Shown here: positions 18,249 to 28,494 of the stretch, in pieces
Numbering within the stretch: the stretch's first letter is position 1
Layout of the letters: every line of letters starts with the position of its first letter
Source of the DNA: Candidatus Omnitrophota bacterium
GTDB taxonomy: Bacteria > Omnitrophota > Gorgyraeia > Duberdicusellales > 4484-171
Length of the DNA: 64,000 bases
NCBI GenBank assembly: GCA_016935525.1
Contig: JAFGQU010000012.1
Location: forward strand, 1,248-65,247
Reading direction: 5' to 3'
Program-made: the position numbers and the translations under genes
The notes under the pieces: model-generated
Databases searched by the model: none
Seen by the model: the letters and a program-made list of their open reading frames with translations, nothing else
What the model was told of the DNA's origin: nothing

Positions 18249-19725
18249 TATTTTATATACTGCTTTATCGGTGGTCTTATTCTGCCTTGTGTCCTGGCAA
18301 AGGATACCGGCTTTTGCGCACACGGCTGAAGCTTCGTCGGTTTTTGAGATCGACAGCCAAAAGGTGGCGGACCTGGCTCTTTCTAACTCACTCGATATCC
18401 AGATCGCCCGGTTCGATACTTATATTAAACGGACCGAATTGAACAAGGTCCGGTCTCTTTTCGATACGTTTCTTAACGCCGGGATCGAATATGCCAGTGA
18501 TGAAAAAGCGGTGGCCAGTACATTTTTGGGTACCAAAACAAGCAGTAATGTCTATTCATTGGGGATCGAGAAAAAATTACCCAGCGGGACCGCGATCAGC
18601 GTCGAAGCAAAAGATGAACGCACTCATACCGATTCTTCGTTTGCCACGATCAATCCCGCTCATGAGGCGACTGTAGAACTTACGCTTACTCAGGAGTTAG
18701 GGAAGAACTTTTTCGGTATAGCGGACCGATCAGAAGTGAAACTGACTAAACTCGATATCGAGAATGCCGAATACACGACACTTTCCGATATCGAAGATGC
18801 GCTGTATGAGACTTTGAAAAGCTACTGGAACCTGGTATTGAAAGAAGAGGCGCTTCGGATACGCCGCCAAATGCGTACTCAGGCCGACCGGCTTTATAAG
18901 ATCTATCAGGATAAATTCGATATGGGTATGGTCGAGGATGTCGATATGGCCGAGATCCGCGCGCATCTTAAGATCCTTGATACCGGGGTGCTCAACGCCG
19001 AACTTGAGAAAGAAACGGCTAAGAACGATTTGTTGTTTCTCCTTAACCTGGACGATCCCGCGGTCGTCCTTGTCCCCCGCGATACTTTAGAAACCGAGCC
19101 GCATACCGTAGACCTTTATGAAAAAGTGACCGGAGCGATCGCTTTCCGGCGTGATTACCGGAAAATAGAAAACGAACTCAAAAAACATAATATCGAACTC
19201 GCGGTCAAAAAGAACGCGTTATGGCCCGAGATCGATCTTGAGGCTTCTTATACGAAAAACGGCCTTGATTCAAAATATCGCGAAGCCTGGTCGGAAAGCA
19301 CCAATAAAGACCATGACGAGATATTTTTAGGATTGACTATCCGTCTTTCTCTGGAAAACAATCAGGCTCGTTCGGAGCTGGATGCGGCCCGGCTTCAAAA
19401 AGAGCAGTTATTATTGTCGCTTAAACGTATCGAACGGACCGTCTTGCGTGATATCAATAATCAGGTGATGACCGTGAACACGTTGAAAAACAAGGTGGAT
19501 TTAACGGGAGAGCTTGTGGGGTTTCAGGCAACCAAGTTAGCCGAGGAGCATAAACGGTTAGGCTGGGGCCGGTCGAATGCCGATGTCATGGTACGGTATG
19601 AAGACGATCTGCTTGGCGCTCAACTTGATTATGCTATGGCGTTATACCAGTACCGGATAGGTATTCTTGAGCTCGCCCGGAGGCAGAATATACTTTTAAA
19701 TGAGTATTGGACAGGAGAGCTGTAG
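18235..19725 (+). CDS. TolC family outer membrane efflux protein
   Basis: signal peptide, ALSNSLDI, LWPEIDL.AS, helical OEP repeats; precedes RND pump. Confidence 0.85.
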   Translation: MKKNNILYTALSVVLFCLVSWQRIPAFAHTAEASSVFEIDSQKVADLALSNSLDIQIARFDTYIKRTELNKVRSLFDTFLNAGIEYASDEKAVASTFLGTKTSSNVYSLGIEKKLPSGTAISVEAKDERTHTDSSFATINPAHEATVELTLTQELGKNFFGIADRSEVKLTKLDIENAEYTTLSDIEDALYETLKSYWNLVLKEEALRIRRQMRTQADRLYKIYQDKFDMGMVEDVDMAEIRAHLKILDTGVLNAELEKETAKNDLLFLLNLDDPAVVLVPRDTLETEPHTVDLYEKVTGAIAFRRDYRKIENELKKHNIELAVKKNALWPEIDLEASYTKNGLDSKYREAWSESTNKDHDEIFLGLTIRLSLENNQARSELDAARLQKEQLLLSLKRIERTVLRDINNQVMTVNTLKNKVDLTGELVGFQATKLAEEHKRLGWGRSNADVMVRYEDDLLGAQLDYAMALYQYRIGILELARRQNILLNEYWTGEL

Positions 19726-19729
19726 AAAG

Positions 19730-19812
19730 TTGATGGTCTATAGTCCATAGTCGATAGTTACGGATATTGGGTGCAGGGTATCGGGTGCCGAACGACGAAC
19801 GACTAACGACGA
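19730..19812. repeat. composite heptamer tracts (TAGTCxA, GGGTxxC, AACGACx)
   Basis: tggtctatagtccatagtcgatagt, gggtgcagggtatcgggtgccg, aacgacgaacgactaacgacg. Confidence 0.75.
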
Positions 19813-19830
19813 TGTAAAAAAGGAAATACA

Positions 19831-22800
19831 ATGAGTCTGCCGCGGTTCAGCGTAAATCAGTCTCTATTTGTGAATCTAGTCTCGGTGATCTTACTTATCA
19901 TCGGGATGATTACGGTATTCGGTACTAACCGGGAGATATTTCCTAATGTCGATTTCGATATTGTCAGTATTACTACCGCTTATCCCGGGGCGACGCCGGT
20001 GGATGTCGAGAAGCTGATCACGGTGCCGATTGAGAAAGAACTGAAAGAGGTCGACGGGATCGATGAGATATCGTCGTCATCGGCTTCCGGGGTATCGTTT
20101 CTTATCGTGAAAATAGACCCGGACGAAAGTAATAAACAGAAAGTGATCCGTGACATCCAGAGTGCCGTCGACCGGGTCAAGGACCTTCCCAAAGATATAG
20201 CCGCCGATCCGATCGTGACCGAAATAACCAATAAACAGTATCCGGTGATCGAGGTGTCGTTGTCCGGTAAGATGGATGAAAAGAAGATGCATTATTATGC
20301 CGACGCGCTTGAAGATCTGATTGAAGACCTGCCATCGGTCGCCCGGATCACTAAATCGGGATATCGTGACCGGGAAATACAGGTACGGGTCGATCCGGTA
20401 AAGATGCGCGATCAGTATCTATCGTTTGATGAGATAGAACAGGCCCTTTCTACCCGTAACGTCAGCCTTCCGGCCGGAGAACTTAATACCGAGGCTATTG
20501 AATATAGCGTGCGGACTACCGGAGAGTTCCAGACTGCCGATGAGGTTGCCGAAGTCATTGTCCGGGCAAACGATCTGGGGAACTGGATACGGATAAAGGA
20601 TGTGGCCGATGTGTTCGATTCGTTCAAGAAAGAAACAATCGTCTATAAGACTCTGGGGACCCGTTCGATAAACCTTGTCGTTTTGAAGAAAGAGAAAGGC
20701 GACGCCATCACGCTGGTCGACGACATAAAAGCTACCTGCAACCGGTTTTTAGAACATATAGACGATGATCTTCAGATATCCTATGTGAACGATTATTCGT
20801 TTTTTGCCCGGCGCCGGCTTAACGTGCTTAAAAATAACGGTTGGGCCAGTCTGGTCCTGGTCATCGCGTCGATGCTTTTGTTTTTACAGCCGCGGGTAGT
20901 GTTCATGACGGTATTGGGTATCCCGATTGCGTTTTTGACCACGTTCATCGCGATGGGGATGTTGGGCATTACGATCAACCTGGTCAGTATGTTCGGTTTG
21001 ATCATCGTACTCGGTATGCTCGTCGATGACGGGATCATTGTCGCCGAGAACGTGTACCGCCATCTGGAAGAAGGGATGCCGCCGCGGCGGGCCGCGGTGA
21101 TGGGTGCCGAAGAGGTGATGGGCGCGGTCACTGTCGCGATCATGACCACGATCGCCGCTTTTTCTCCACTTTTATTTATGACCGGAATATTGGGGAAATT
21201 TATCCGCAACATCCCTACCGTCATTATCATCGCGCTCGTCGCTTCGCTTGCCGAGGCGCTGATCATTCTGCCCAGCCATCTTGCCGATTTCATGAAAGCT
21301 CAGACCCATATCGTACGTGACCATGAGAATGACGAATCGCAAAGGCCGTGGCTCAGGGCGATTTTGCGGTTTTATACCCGTATCGTGACCGCGGCGGTCA
21401 ACCGTAAATATAAGGTGCTGGGCGGTTTTACCGTCGCGCTTATCGTAAGCGCCATATTGGCTAACGTCGCGTTAAAGTTTATTCTTTTTCCGGACGCGGG
21501 AATAGATTTCTTTTTTATACGGGCTGAGGCTCCTATCGGTACGCCGCTTGTCAAAACCAACGAATTGATCACGCCGATAGAAGAGATCGTTTCCGAATTA
21601 CCTGGCGATGAACTGGATACCTATGTCACCTCAGTCGGGAAGATGTCGGAAGACCGTAACGACCCGTATTCGCAAACGGCAAGTCATCTGGCCCAGATTA
21701 CGGTATATCTTTATCCCGAACATGACCGGGTACGGAAAGCCGATGAGATCATCGAAGAAGTCCGTAATAAGATCAAAGCCGCGGGTATCGGAGGGTTTAC
21801 CGATCTCCGGTTCGATAAAGCCGAGACCGGCCCGCCGGTAGGGAAAGCGGTCGAAGCCAAGATCCGCGGTGAAGACTTTAACGTGCTTGATAAGATCGCT
21901 TTTGAATTCATAGATTATTTGAAAAAACTGCCCGGTACTACCGATATTGCCTGGGATCATAAACCGGGAAAAGAAGAGATCTTGGTCAGTATCGACCATA
22001 AAAAAGCGACGTATGCCGGCGTGTCGGTAAGCCAGATCGCCAAGACCGTCCGCGCTGTCTTCGAAGGGAATATCGCGACCAAGATCAAACCGGTGAAAGC
22101 CGAAGAAGAAACCGACGTGACGGTGATGTTTCCCGAAAGTTCGGCTGACGATCTGGACGTATTTGAGAATATCCTGGTGCGTAACAATCAGGGGAACCTT
22201 GTCCCGTTGCATAAAATAGCCGAAATCAAACAGGTTCCCGGTACGACCGCGATCAGCCATTTAGACGGAAAAAGAGTCGTGACCGCTTCAGCCAATGTCG
22301 ACACCAATAAGACGACTTCGCTTGAGGTGAACCGGAAATTGCAGGAAAAATTCAAAGATATCTCACAACGTTATTTGGGATATTCGGTCGAATATCAGGG
22401 AGAACAGAAAGATACCGTTGAATCGTTACAGAGTCTGCTGAAAGCTTTCTTTTACGCGTTTCTGGTCGTCTATCTTATCCTGGCATCGTTTTTCCGTTCA
22501 TTGGTTCAGCCGTTCGTGGTGATGCTGGCGATTCCGTTCGGACTTATCGGGGTGGTGTTCGCGTTTATTGTCCACGGAATGCCGCTTTCGTTCATGGCGA
22601 TATTGGGGATCGTGGGATTAAACGGGATCGTGGTGAACGATTCTATCGTACTGGTGGATAAAATCAATAACTTGCGCCGGGAAGGCCTGCCGCGGCGCGA
22701 TTCGATCATCAAAGCCGGGCAGATGCGTATCCGGCCGGTACTTTTGACTACGATCACGACTGTCGGAGGGTTATCGACGGTCGCTTACGGGATCGGGGGG

Positions 22801-22995
22801 AAAGACCCGTTTCTGGTGCCGATGGCTCTTTCGATCTGTTGGGGTATCGCTTTTGCGACTGTATTGACGTTGATCGTGATCCCCTGTATTTATTCTATTA
22901 TAGACGATATTACCGTAAAACTTACCCGCCATTCCAGCCTGATCACTACCGATAAAGTGAATAATCACAACGGTAATCCCTGGCTGAAACCTTAA
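19831..22995 (+). CDS. RND (AcrB/AcrD/AcrF family) efflux permease
   Basis: YPGATPVDVE, GMLVDDGIIVAEN, GIVVNDSIVLV, RIRPVLLTT. Confidence 0.95.
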   Translation: MSLPRFSVNQSLFVNLVSVILLIIGMITVFGTNREIFPNVDFDIVSITTAYPGATPVDVEKLITVPIEKELKEVDGIDEISSSSASGVSFLIVKIDPDESNKQKVIRDIQSAVDRVKDLPKDIAADPIVTEITNKQYPVIEVSLSGKMDEKKMHYYADALEDLIEDLPSVARITKSGYRDREIQVRVDPVKMRDQYLSFDEIEQALSTRNVSLPAGELNTEAIEYSVRTTGEFQTADEVAEVIVRANDLGNWIRIKDVADVFDSFKKETIVYKTLGTRSINLVVLKKEKGDAITLVDDIKATCNRFLEHIDDDLQISYVNDYSFFARRRLNVLKNNGWASLVLVIASMLLFLQPRVVFMTVLGIPIAFLTTFIAMGMLGITINLVSMFGLIIVLGMLVDDGIIVAENVYRHLEEGMPPRRAAVMGAEEVMGAVTVAIMTTIAAFSPLLFMTGILGKFIRNIPTVIIIALVASLAEALIILPSHLADFMKAQTHIVRDHENDESQRPWLRAILRFYTRIVTAAVNRKYKVLGGFTVALIVSAILANVALKFILFPDAGIDFFFIRAEAPIGTPLVKTNELITPIEEIVSELPGDELDTYVTSVGKMSEDRNDPYSQTASHLAQITVYLYPEHDRVRKADEIIEEVRNKIKAAGIGGFTDLRFDKAETGPPVGKAVEAKIRGEDFNVLDKIAFEFIDYLKKLPGTTDIAWDHKPGKEEILVSIDHKKATYAGVSVSQIAKTVRAVFEGNIATKIKPVKAEEETDVTVMFPESSADDLDVFENILVRNNQGNLVPLHKIAEIKQVPGTTAISHLDGKRVVTASANVDTNKTTSLEVNRKLQEKFKDISQRYLGYSVEYQGEQKDTVESLQSLLKAFFYAFLVVYLILASFFRSLVQPFVVMLAIPFGLIGVVFAFIVHGMPLSFMAILGIVGLNGIVVNDSIVLVDKINNLRREGLPRRDSIIKAGQMRIRPVLLTTITTVGGLSTVAYGIGGKDPFLVPMALSICWGIAFATVLTLIVIPCIYSIIDDITVKLTRHSSLITTDKVNNHNGNPWLKP

Positions 22996-23043
22996 TCGGG
23001 ATACCCAAAATATTTCCATCTCAATCTCTATTCTATCGGGAGC

Positions 23044-23138
23044 CGAGTACAGGGTTACAGGGCAGGGATAGGGTGCCGGGTTTCGGGTATCGGGTGGAGG
23101 GTGAAAACTATAGACCGTAGACCGACGACTAGCGACTA
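23044..23138. repeat. composite heptamer tracts (CGGGTxx then AGACxxT)
   Basis: gggtgccgggtttcgggtatcgggtggagggtg...actatagaccgtagaccgacgactagcgact. Confidence 0.75.
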
Positions 23139-23275
23139 TTTTTATCCGCTGGCCGCTATTTAACTGTTGCACCATTATGTAAAGGTGATACAATTATCCT
23201 CTGATATTTTAAGGGCGGAAGGGGATACGCCTGCATATTTACAGGGTTTATCACTAAACTTGCGAGGTGCTTCTT

Positions 23276-23668
23276 ATGAAAAAACAAATTTATCTGATTC
23301 TCATCGGGATATTTTTACTGTCGGGTTGTTCACTGATAAAGAATAAAGGGCCCTTACTTACCCTGAAAAGTATCGGGGATAGCCAGCGTCAGATAGGTAA
23401 ATATATCGAAAAACAGAAAGGCCTGTTTACATTACTTGTTGACGATATAAAAAACGATGAATTACCCAAAAACCTTACCGAAGCACAGATAACATCCCGT
23501 TACGGGGCCCCGGTCGTCGTTACCGAGCTCGACCGTACCAAGAGGCGCCTTCTTTACCGTTATCCTAAAAAATATTATACTTCCGACCGGGTTTATTTTT
23601 ATATTGACGATGGGATTATGACCCGTTGGGAATATATCCCTTACAAAAACGAGCTGGTATCAAATTAA
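23276..23668 (+). CDS. hypothetical lipoprotein
   Basis: lipobox LLSGC; YG.P motif reminiscent of a BamE/SmpA-like fold. Confidence 0.6.
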   Translation: MKKQIYLILIGIFLLSGCSLIKNKGPLLTLKSIGDSQRQIGKYIEKQKGLFTLLVDDIKNDELPKNLTEAQITSRYGAPVVVTELDRTKRRLLYRYPKKYYTSDRVYFYIDDGIMTRWEYIPYKNELVSN

Positions 23669-23713
23669 CCCGATTTCCCCGATACGGTATATTGACAGAA
23701 CCTTTCTCTTTGC

Positions 23714-24445
23714 ATGCACTATACAAAAAGGATAGAGGATAAACCGATAAAGAAGTATATTTTCAAAACTTTGACCGGAATCATGGTCTTGTGTATCGGT
23801 AGTACGTCTTTGAACGCGGCGCCGTCTTATGGTACAGGGATGCTCGATAAGCGACAGGCCGTAATCGGTACCGAAACCTACACCCTTTTTGACCGTGACC
23901 TGGAAGATTCTCAGGGGTGCATCCGGTCGTTACAGCATTTTTTTCTTCTTTCTTACGGGGTATTCGATTGGTTGACTATAGATCTAAAAGGCGGCGCCGG
24001 GTATATCAAACAGAACCCTGCGAATGCTGCGGAACTCGATTATCCCACTTCTTTCGCCGGCGGATACGGATTCAGGATAAAGCTATATGAAAACGAAAAC
24101 CATTCCTTACGCGCGGTATTCGGGTTCCATCATATCAGCGTACATCCCCGGTCGATTCGGGTCAACGGGACCAAAAGGCGGGCGATACTGGATGACTGGC
24201 AGACCGAGTTGCTTTTTTCAAAAGATATGTTCGGGACGACTCCTTATCTGGGCACAAAATGGTCACGAGTCGATTATATCCATTGGGAAAACGGTACCCG
24301 TAAACGCCGGATGTCCGATCTGACCAGAAGCATAGGCCTTATTGCCGGAATCGATATCCCGCTGACCCAAGAGGTTTCACTTAACCTTGAAGGCCATTTT
24401 ATGGATGAAAAAGCATTTTCAGCGGCATTTCTATATTCGTTCTGA
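23714..24445 (+). CDS. hypothetical outer-membrane beta-barrel protein
   Basis: signal-like N-terminus, alternating strands, TPYLG, C-terminal YSF. Confidence 0.6.
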   Translation: MHYTKRIEDKPIKKYIFKTLTGIMVLCIGSTSLNAAPSYGTGMLDKRQAVIGTETYTLFDRDLEDSQGCIRSLQHFFLLSYGVFDWLTIDLKGGAGYIKQNPANAAELDYPTSFAGGYGFRIKLYENENHSLRAVFGFHHISVHPRSIRVNGTKRRAILDDWQTELLFSKDMFGTTPYLGTKWSRVDYIHWENGTRKRRMSDLTRSIGLIAGIDIPLTQEVSLNLEGHFMDEKAFSAAFLYSF

Positions 24446-24455
24446 CCAGTTTAAT

Positions 24456-24638
24456 GTCACACGACACACCCGTGAGTCTCACGACAACGGGGCAAGCGCG
24501 TCATCCCGTGGAATTCGGAGAATTCCCGGGACTGAATCCCCGAAATTTATCAGTGATAAATTTCAGGGGGCATAGTCACACGTGAATAAAAACTCAAAAT
24601 CAAAAACGAACGACTCACGACGTACGACGAGCGACGGG
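24456..24638. repeat. GTCACA-octamer tract with nested palindromes and an ACGAC heptamer tract
   Basis: gtcacacgacaca, cccgtgag..caacggggcaag, tcccg..cggga, gaaatttatcagtgataaatttc, catagtcacacgt, acgactcacgacgtacgacg. Confidence 0.7.
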
Positions 24639-24642
24639 AAGT

Positions 24643-26088
24643 ATGATTATAAAAAATAACAAAGAAGACTTTCTAAGTTACCTCGAAGATACCTCAAATA
24701 TCGAGGGCCATGCCGAATCGCTGTATATTCCTCACACGCAGGATGAACTTGTCACGCTGGTCGCCAGGTGTAACCAGGAAAAAATACCGCTTACCATTTC
24801 CGCGGGCCGTACCGGGACAACCGGAGGATGTGTCCCCCAAGAAGGGGTGCTGGTGAGTCTTGAAGAGTTTAACCGGATACTGTCTATCGATAAAGAACAT
24901 AAACGGGTATCGGTCCAGGCCGGTGTAGTGCTTGAAGACCTGGAACGGGAATTAAACCGTCACCGGCTTGCCTTAAGGGCGCAACCGACCGAATCGCTTG
25001 CGTGTGTGGGAGGCGCGGTATCCACAGCCGCCTCGGGAGTGCGAGGGTACCGTTGGGGAGGTATACGCAAGTACGTTGAACGGATCAAGATCTTATTCGT
25101 CGACGGCACGGTCTTTGATATCTGTCGCGGCGAGATTTTTGCTCATCAGGGAAAAATAACGGTCCCTTTAGGCGGCCGGACAAAAGAAATACGATTGCCT
25201 TCTTACCGTATGCCGCACACTAAAACTCAGGCCGGATATTTTGTCGCTCCCGACATGGACCTGATCGATCTTTTTATCGGGAGCGAAGGTACGTTGGGGA
25301 TTATTTTAGAAATAGAATTCAGCGTCCAGGAGTTAGCTGAAGAGATATTTGATTGTATCGTGTTTTTTAAAGAAGAGAAAGACGCGTTCCGGTTTGTGGA
25401 AACAATTAAAGAAAAAAAATCTAAAAAGGCTCTTAACCCGACCAGCCTTGAATTCCTCGATGCCCGGTCTTTGAGATTTTTAGGTGAAGAATACCCGCAG
25501 GCCGCCTCTTACGCTGCGGCGGTATATATCGAGCAGGAAGAATCCTCCCCGGTATCTTCGATAGCCGCCTGGATTGAGCTTATCGAATCATCCGGCGCGC
25601 TGCCGAATGAGACCTGGTTCGGCGACAGCATCCTTACCCGGAAAAAGATATTTGAGTTTCGGCATAAACTGCCGCAACGTATCAACGAATTTCTCAAAAC
25701 CCATCGTCAACGTAAGCTCTCGACCGACGTCGCGGTGCCGGAAGAAAGGTTTCTTGAGATGTACGGATTCTATGCAAAAGAAGGCGCTTCCAGCGGTATT
25801 GAATTCGTCAATTTCGGGCATATCGGCGAAAATCATCTCCATTTCAACTTTTTACCGCGTAACGATGACGAATATAGGAAAGCCAAAGAATATACTTCCA
25901 AGTTTATTAAAAAAGCCATAGAATTAGGCGGTACGGTTTCGGCGGAACACGGTATCGGGAAACTGAAAAAAGAGTCTCTCCTTTTGATGTACGGGGAAGA
26001 AGCGGTCGGCCAGATGCGGGTGTTAAAGGGGCAGTTCGATCCCAACTGGATATTGAACCGGGGCAACATCTTTGATTGCAAGGAATAG
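24643..26088 (+). CDS. FAD-linked oxidoreductase (GlcD/D-lactate dehydrogenase family)
   Basis: GRTGTTGG, FIGSEGTLGII, GHIGENHLH, SAEHGIG, DPNWILN.G. Confidence 0.9.
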   Translation: MIIKNNKEDFLSYLEDTSNIEGHAESLYIPHTQDELVTLVARCNQEKIPLTISAGRTGTTGGCVPQEGVLVSLEEFNRILSIDKEHKRVSVQAGVVLEDLERELNRHRLALRAQPTESLACVGGAVSTAASGVRGYRWGGIRKYVERIKILFVDGTVFDICRGEIFAHQGKITVPLGGRTKEIRLPSYRMPHTKTQAGYFVAPDMDLIDLFIGSEGTLGIILEIEFSVQELAEEIFDCIVFFKEEKDAFRFVETIKEKKSKKALNPTSLEFLDARSLRFLGEEYPQAASYAAAVYIEQEESSPVSSIAAWIELIESSGALPNETWFGDSILTRKKIFEFRHKLPQRINEFLKTHRQRKLSTDVAVPEERFLEMYGFYAKEGASSGIEFVNFGHIGENHLHFNFLPRNDDEYRKAKEYTSKFIKKAIELGGTVSAEHGIGKLKKESLLLMYGEEAVGQMRVLKGQFDPNWILNRGNIFDCKE

Positions 26089-26162
26089 TTTCTGGTCTCT
26101 AGTTTCTAGTCTCTGGTGTCTGGCCTTTTTACTGGTGACTAAAGACCAGCGACTAGCGACTA
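26088..26162. repeat. inverted heptamer pair (AGTCTCT / AGCGACT family)
   Basis: reverse complement closely matches 39509-39565. Confidence 0.8.
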
Positions 26163-26240
26163 AATAGGGGCTTGGAAATTTCTGCGGATATGATAATATA
26201 TACTTTAAAAGGCAAGCCATAAAAAAGAGGAGGTGTTGCT

Positions 26241-26567
26241 ATGGCTAAAAGTTCAATAGGATTAGAGGAAAATGTAGCATCATTGTTGTGTTACCTTTTA
26301 GGATGGATTTCCGGTTTAATATTTCTGTTATTAGAACGGGACAACAAAACTGTCAAATTTCATGCTATCCAATCGTTGGTAACGTTTCTCGGGTTACATG
26401 TCATTTCGATCATCCTGGCGTTTATCCCGTTTCTGGGATGGGCGGTAGCTTCGTTGATCTCGATCTTGGCGATCGTACTATGGATCTTTATGATGGTAAA
26501 AGCTTATCAGGGAGAAAAGATCAAGTTGCCGATTGCCGGCGAGATAGCCGAGAAACATTCCGCTTAA
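26241..26567 (+). CDS. DUF4870-like small membrane protein
   Basis: GLEENVASLLCYLLGWISG, VKFHAIQS, KAYQGE..KLP. Confidence 0.85.
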   Translation: MAKSSIGLEENVASLLCYLLGWISGLIFLLLERDNKTVKFHAIQSLVTFLGLHVISIILAFIPFLGWAVASLISILAIVLWIFMMVKAYQGEKIKLPIAGEIAEKHSA

Positions 26568-26579
26568 TATATCGTATAG

Positions 26580-26975
26580 ATGAAACGGCATTTAACGGTT
26601 GTTGCCGCCTGTATCACCGACGGTGAGCAGGTGCTTATTTGTCAACGCAAGGAAGATGATGCGTTCGGATTGCTCTGGGAATTTCCCGGCGGGAAAGTAG
26701 AGGACGGAGAAGATTTAGCAAGCGCGATCATCCGGGAGATCGAAGAAGAGCTGGGAGTCACGGTAAGCGTGGGCAGAGAACTCGGTATCTTTGAGGATGA
26801 AAACGAGACTCTCAAGATCACCGTACACCTTCTGGAAAACAAGATCATCCTCGGTACACCCCAGACCCGTGACTGTAACGCTATCCGGTGGGTCGGGATA
26901 GGCAAGCTTGATTCGTTTGACCTCGCGCCGGTAGACAGAAAGATAACGAGATTTTTACAGGGGAACACAAGATGA
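26580..26975 (+). CDS. MutT-like NUDIX hydrolase
   Basis: WEFPGGKVEDGE...REIEEELG. Confidence 0.92.
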   Translation: MKRHLTVVAACITDGEQVLICQRKEDDAFGLLWEFPGGKVEDGEDLASAIIREIEEELGVTVSVGRELGIFEDENETLKITVHLLENKIILGTPQTRDCNAIRWVGIGKLDSFDLAPVDRKITRFLQGNTR

Positions 26976-27541
26976 ACGAAAGTACACGGTTAAAGAAGGC
27001 TGCAGTGATGAAAGCGGAGCTTCTGGCGTTACTCAAGAAAGACGCCTATTTTAAAAAGGAAATAACGTTATCTTCCGGAAAGAAGAGTAACTTTTATATC
27101 GATGTGCGCCGGGTGAGCCTTTCCAGTTACGGGCTATACCTGCTTTCCCATTGTCTCTGGGATATGATCAAAGATGAAGATATTGCCGCGATCGGCGGCC
27201 CGACATTAGGGGCGGACCCGATTGTCGGCGGCCTTTGTATGGTCGCCGCCGATGAACAACGCGCTCTTGGCGGGTTCCTTATCCGTAAAACCCCAAAAAA
27301 ACACGGCCAACAACAGCTTATTGAAGGAAAAGAACTCCCCGCCGGTACCCGGGTGGTCCTGCTCGATGATGTCGCGACCAGCGGCGGATCGTTTATCAAC
27401 GCGTTGGCAGTGATGAAAGAGAATAACATCGATGTTGTGAGATGCCTCTGTGTAGTCGACCGGCAGGAAGGGGCGTGTGAGGAGATAGAGAAAGCCGGTT
27501 CTTCACTGACGGCGTTGTTTGTAAAAAAAGACTTTCTTTAA
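26972..27541 (+). CDS. pyrE: orotate phosphoribosyltransferase
   Basis: LSSGKKS.FYID, RK..K.HG, LLDDVATSGGS, VDRQEG. Confidence 0.93.
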   Translation: MNESTRLKKAAVMKAELLALLKKDAYFKKEITLSSGKKSNFYIDVRRVSLSSYGLYLLSHCLWDMIKDEDIAAIGGPTLGADPIVGGLCMVAADEQRALGGFLIRKTPKKHGQQQLIEGKELPAGTRVVLLDDVATSGGSFINALAVMKENNIDVVRCLCVVDRQEGACEEIEKAGSSLTALFVKKDFL

Positions 27542-27553
27542 TGTGCTGCACGG

Positions 27554-27706
27554 GAAATACGCTCAACTTCGTTTTCGCGAAATATACTTCGCTTCGCTTC
27601 GTGAAATAAATTGAAATACATGGAAAAAATGAGGTATTTCGTGAACGGAGTGAACATATTTCACGAGCGTCAGCGAATATATGTCGTCCCGTCAGGGACA
27701 TATTTC
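27554..27706. repeat. GAAATA / TATTTC inverted repeat tract with small palindromes
   Basis: repeated gaaata on the left, tatttc on the right; related tract at 54913-55010. Confidence 0.65.
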
Positions 27707-27708
27707 AT

Positions 27709-28488
27709 ATGTTAATTGTTCTACTTCTCTCTATTTTTCTTTCCGCTTGTGTCTCTACCGAATATAACGTCACGACTCATCGCGAAGATATCATGTTTTA
27801 TTCTGCCGACCGGGAAGTCGCGATGGGCCAAAGCGTTGCCAAACAGGTTGCTCAATATTACAAAATATCGCAAAACCCTTTTTATGTGGGCCGGGTAAAA
27901 GAGATGGGGGCGAAAATAGCCGAAGTCTGCGATCGTCAAGAGATCTCCTATTATTTTTATGTACTGGAACGTAAAGAAGACGATACCGATACCGAACCGT
28001 TGATCAACGCGTTCGCGTTACCCGGCGGGTATGTCTACATTTTTAAAGACCTTATGGACCTTCTGGATACCGAGGATGAACTCGCTTTCATTTTAGCGCA
28101 TGAAGTCGGGCATGTCGTTGCCCGGCACAGCATTAAAAAACTTCAGGCGATCATGGGATATAACCTGGTCGCGGCCGCGGCGACTCAAGTGAAGACCGGG
28201 CCGGGATTTCAGGAAGGATTGTCGTTGGCGATGTTACAGATCTTATCGGCATATTCGCAGGAAGATGAGTTCGATGCCGATGAACTTGCCGTTCAATACC
28301 TTACCCGGTTAGGATATGACCCTCTTTCGGGGATCGCGGTGATGGAAAAATTGTATGAAGCGAACAAAAAACAGCCGCGCCGGCCGCTGATGTATTTTCG
28401 TACCCACCCTTATGCCGCTCAACGTATCGGAAATATCAAAAAACAGTTGGGGATGCCGCTGGATATTTCCGATTATATGAACAAATAA
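27709..28488 (+). CDS. M48 family metalloprotease lipoprotein
   Basis: lipobox LSAC, NAFALPGG, AHEVGH, E..AD, THP. Confidence 0.9.
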   Translation: MLIVLLLSIFLSACVSTEYNVTTHREDIMFYSADREVAMGQSVAKQVAQYYKISQNPFYVGRVKEMGAKIAEVCDRQEISYYFYVLERKEDDTDTEPLINAFALPGGYVYIFKDLMDLLDTEDELAFILAHEVGHVVARHSIKKLQAIMGYNLVAAAATQVKTGPGFQEGLSLAMLQILSAYSQEDEFDADELAVQYLTRLGYDPLSGIAVMEKLYEANKKQPRRPLMYFRTHPYAAQRIGNIKKQLGMPLDISDYMNK

Positions 28489-28494
28489 TAGGCT

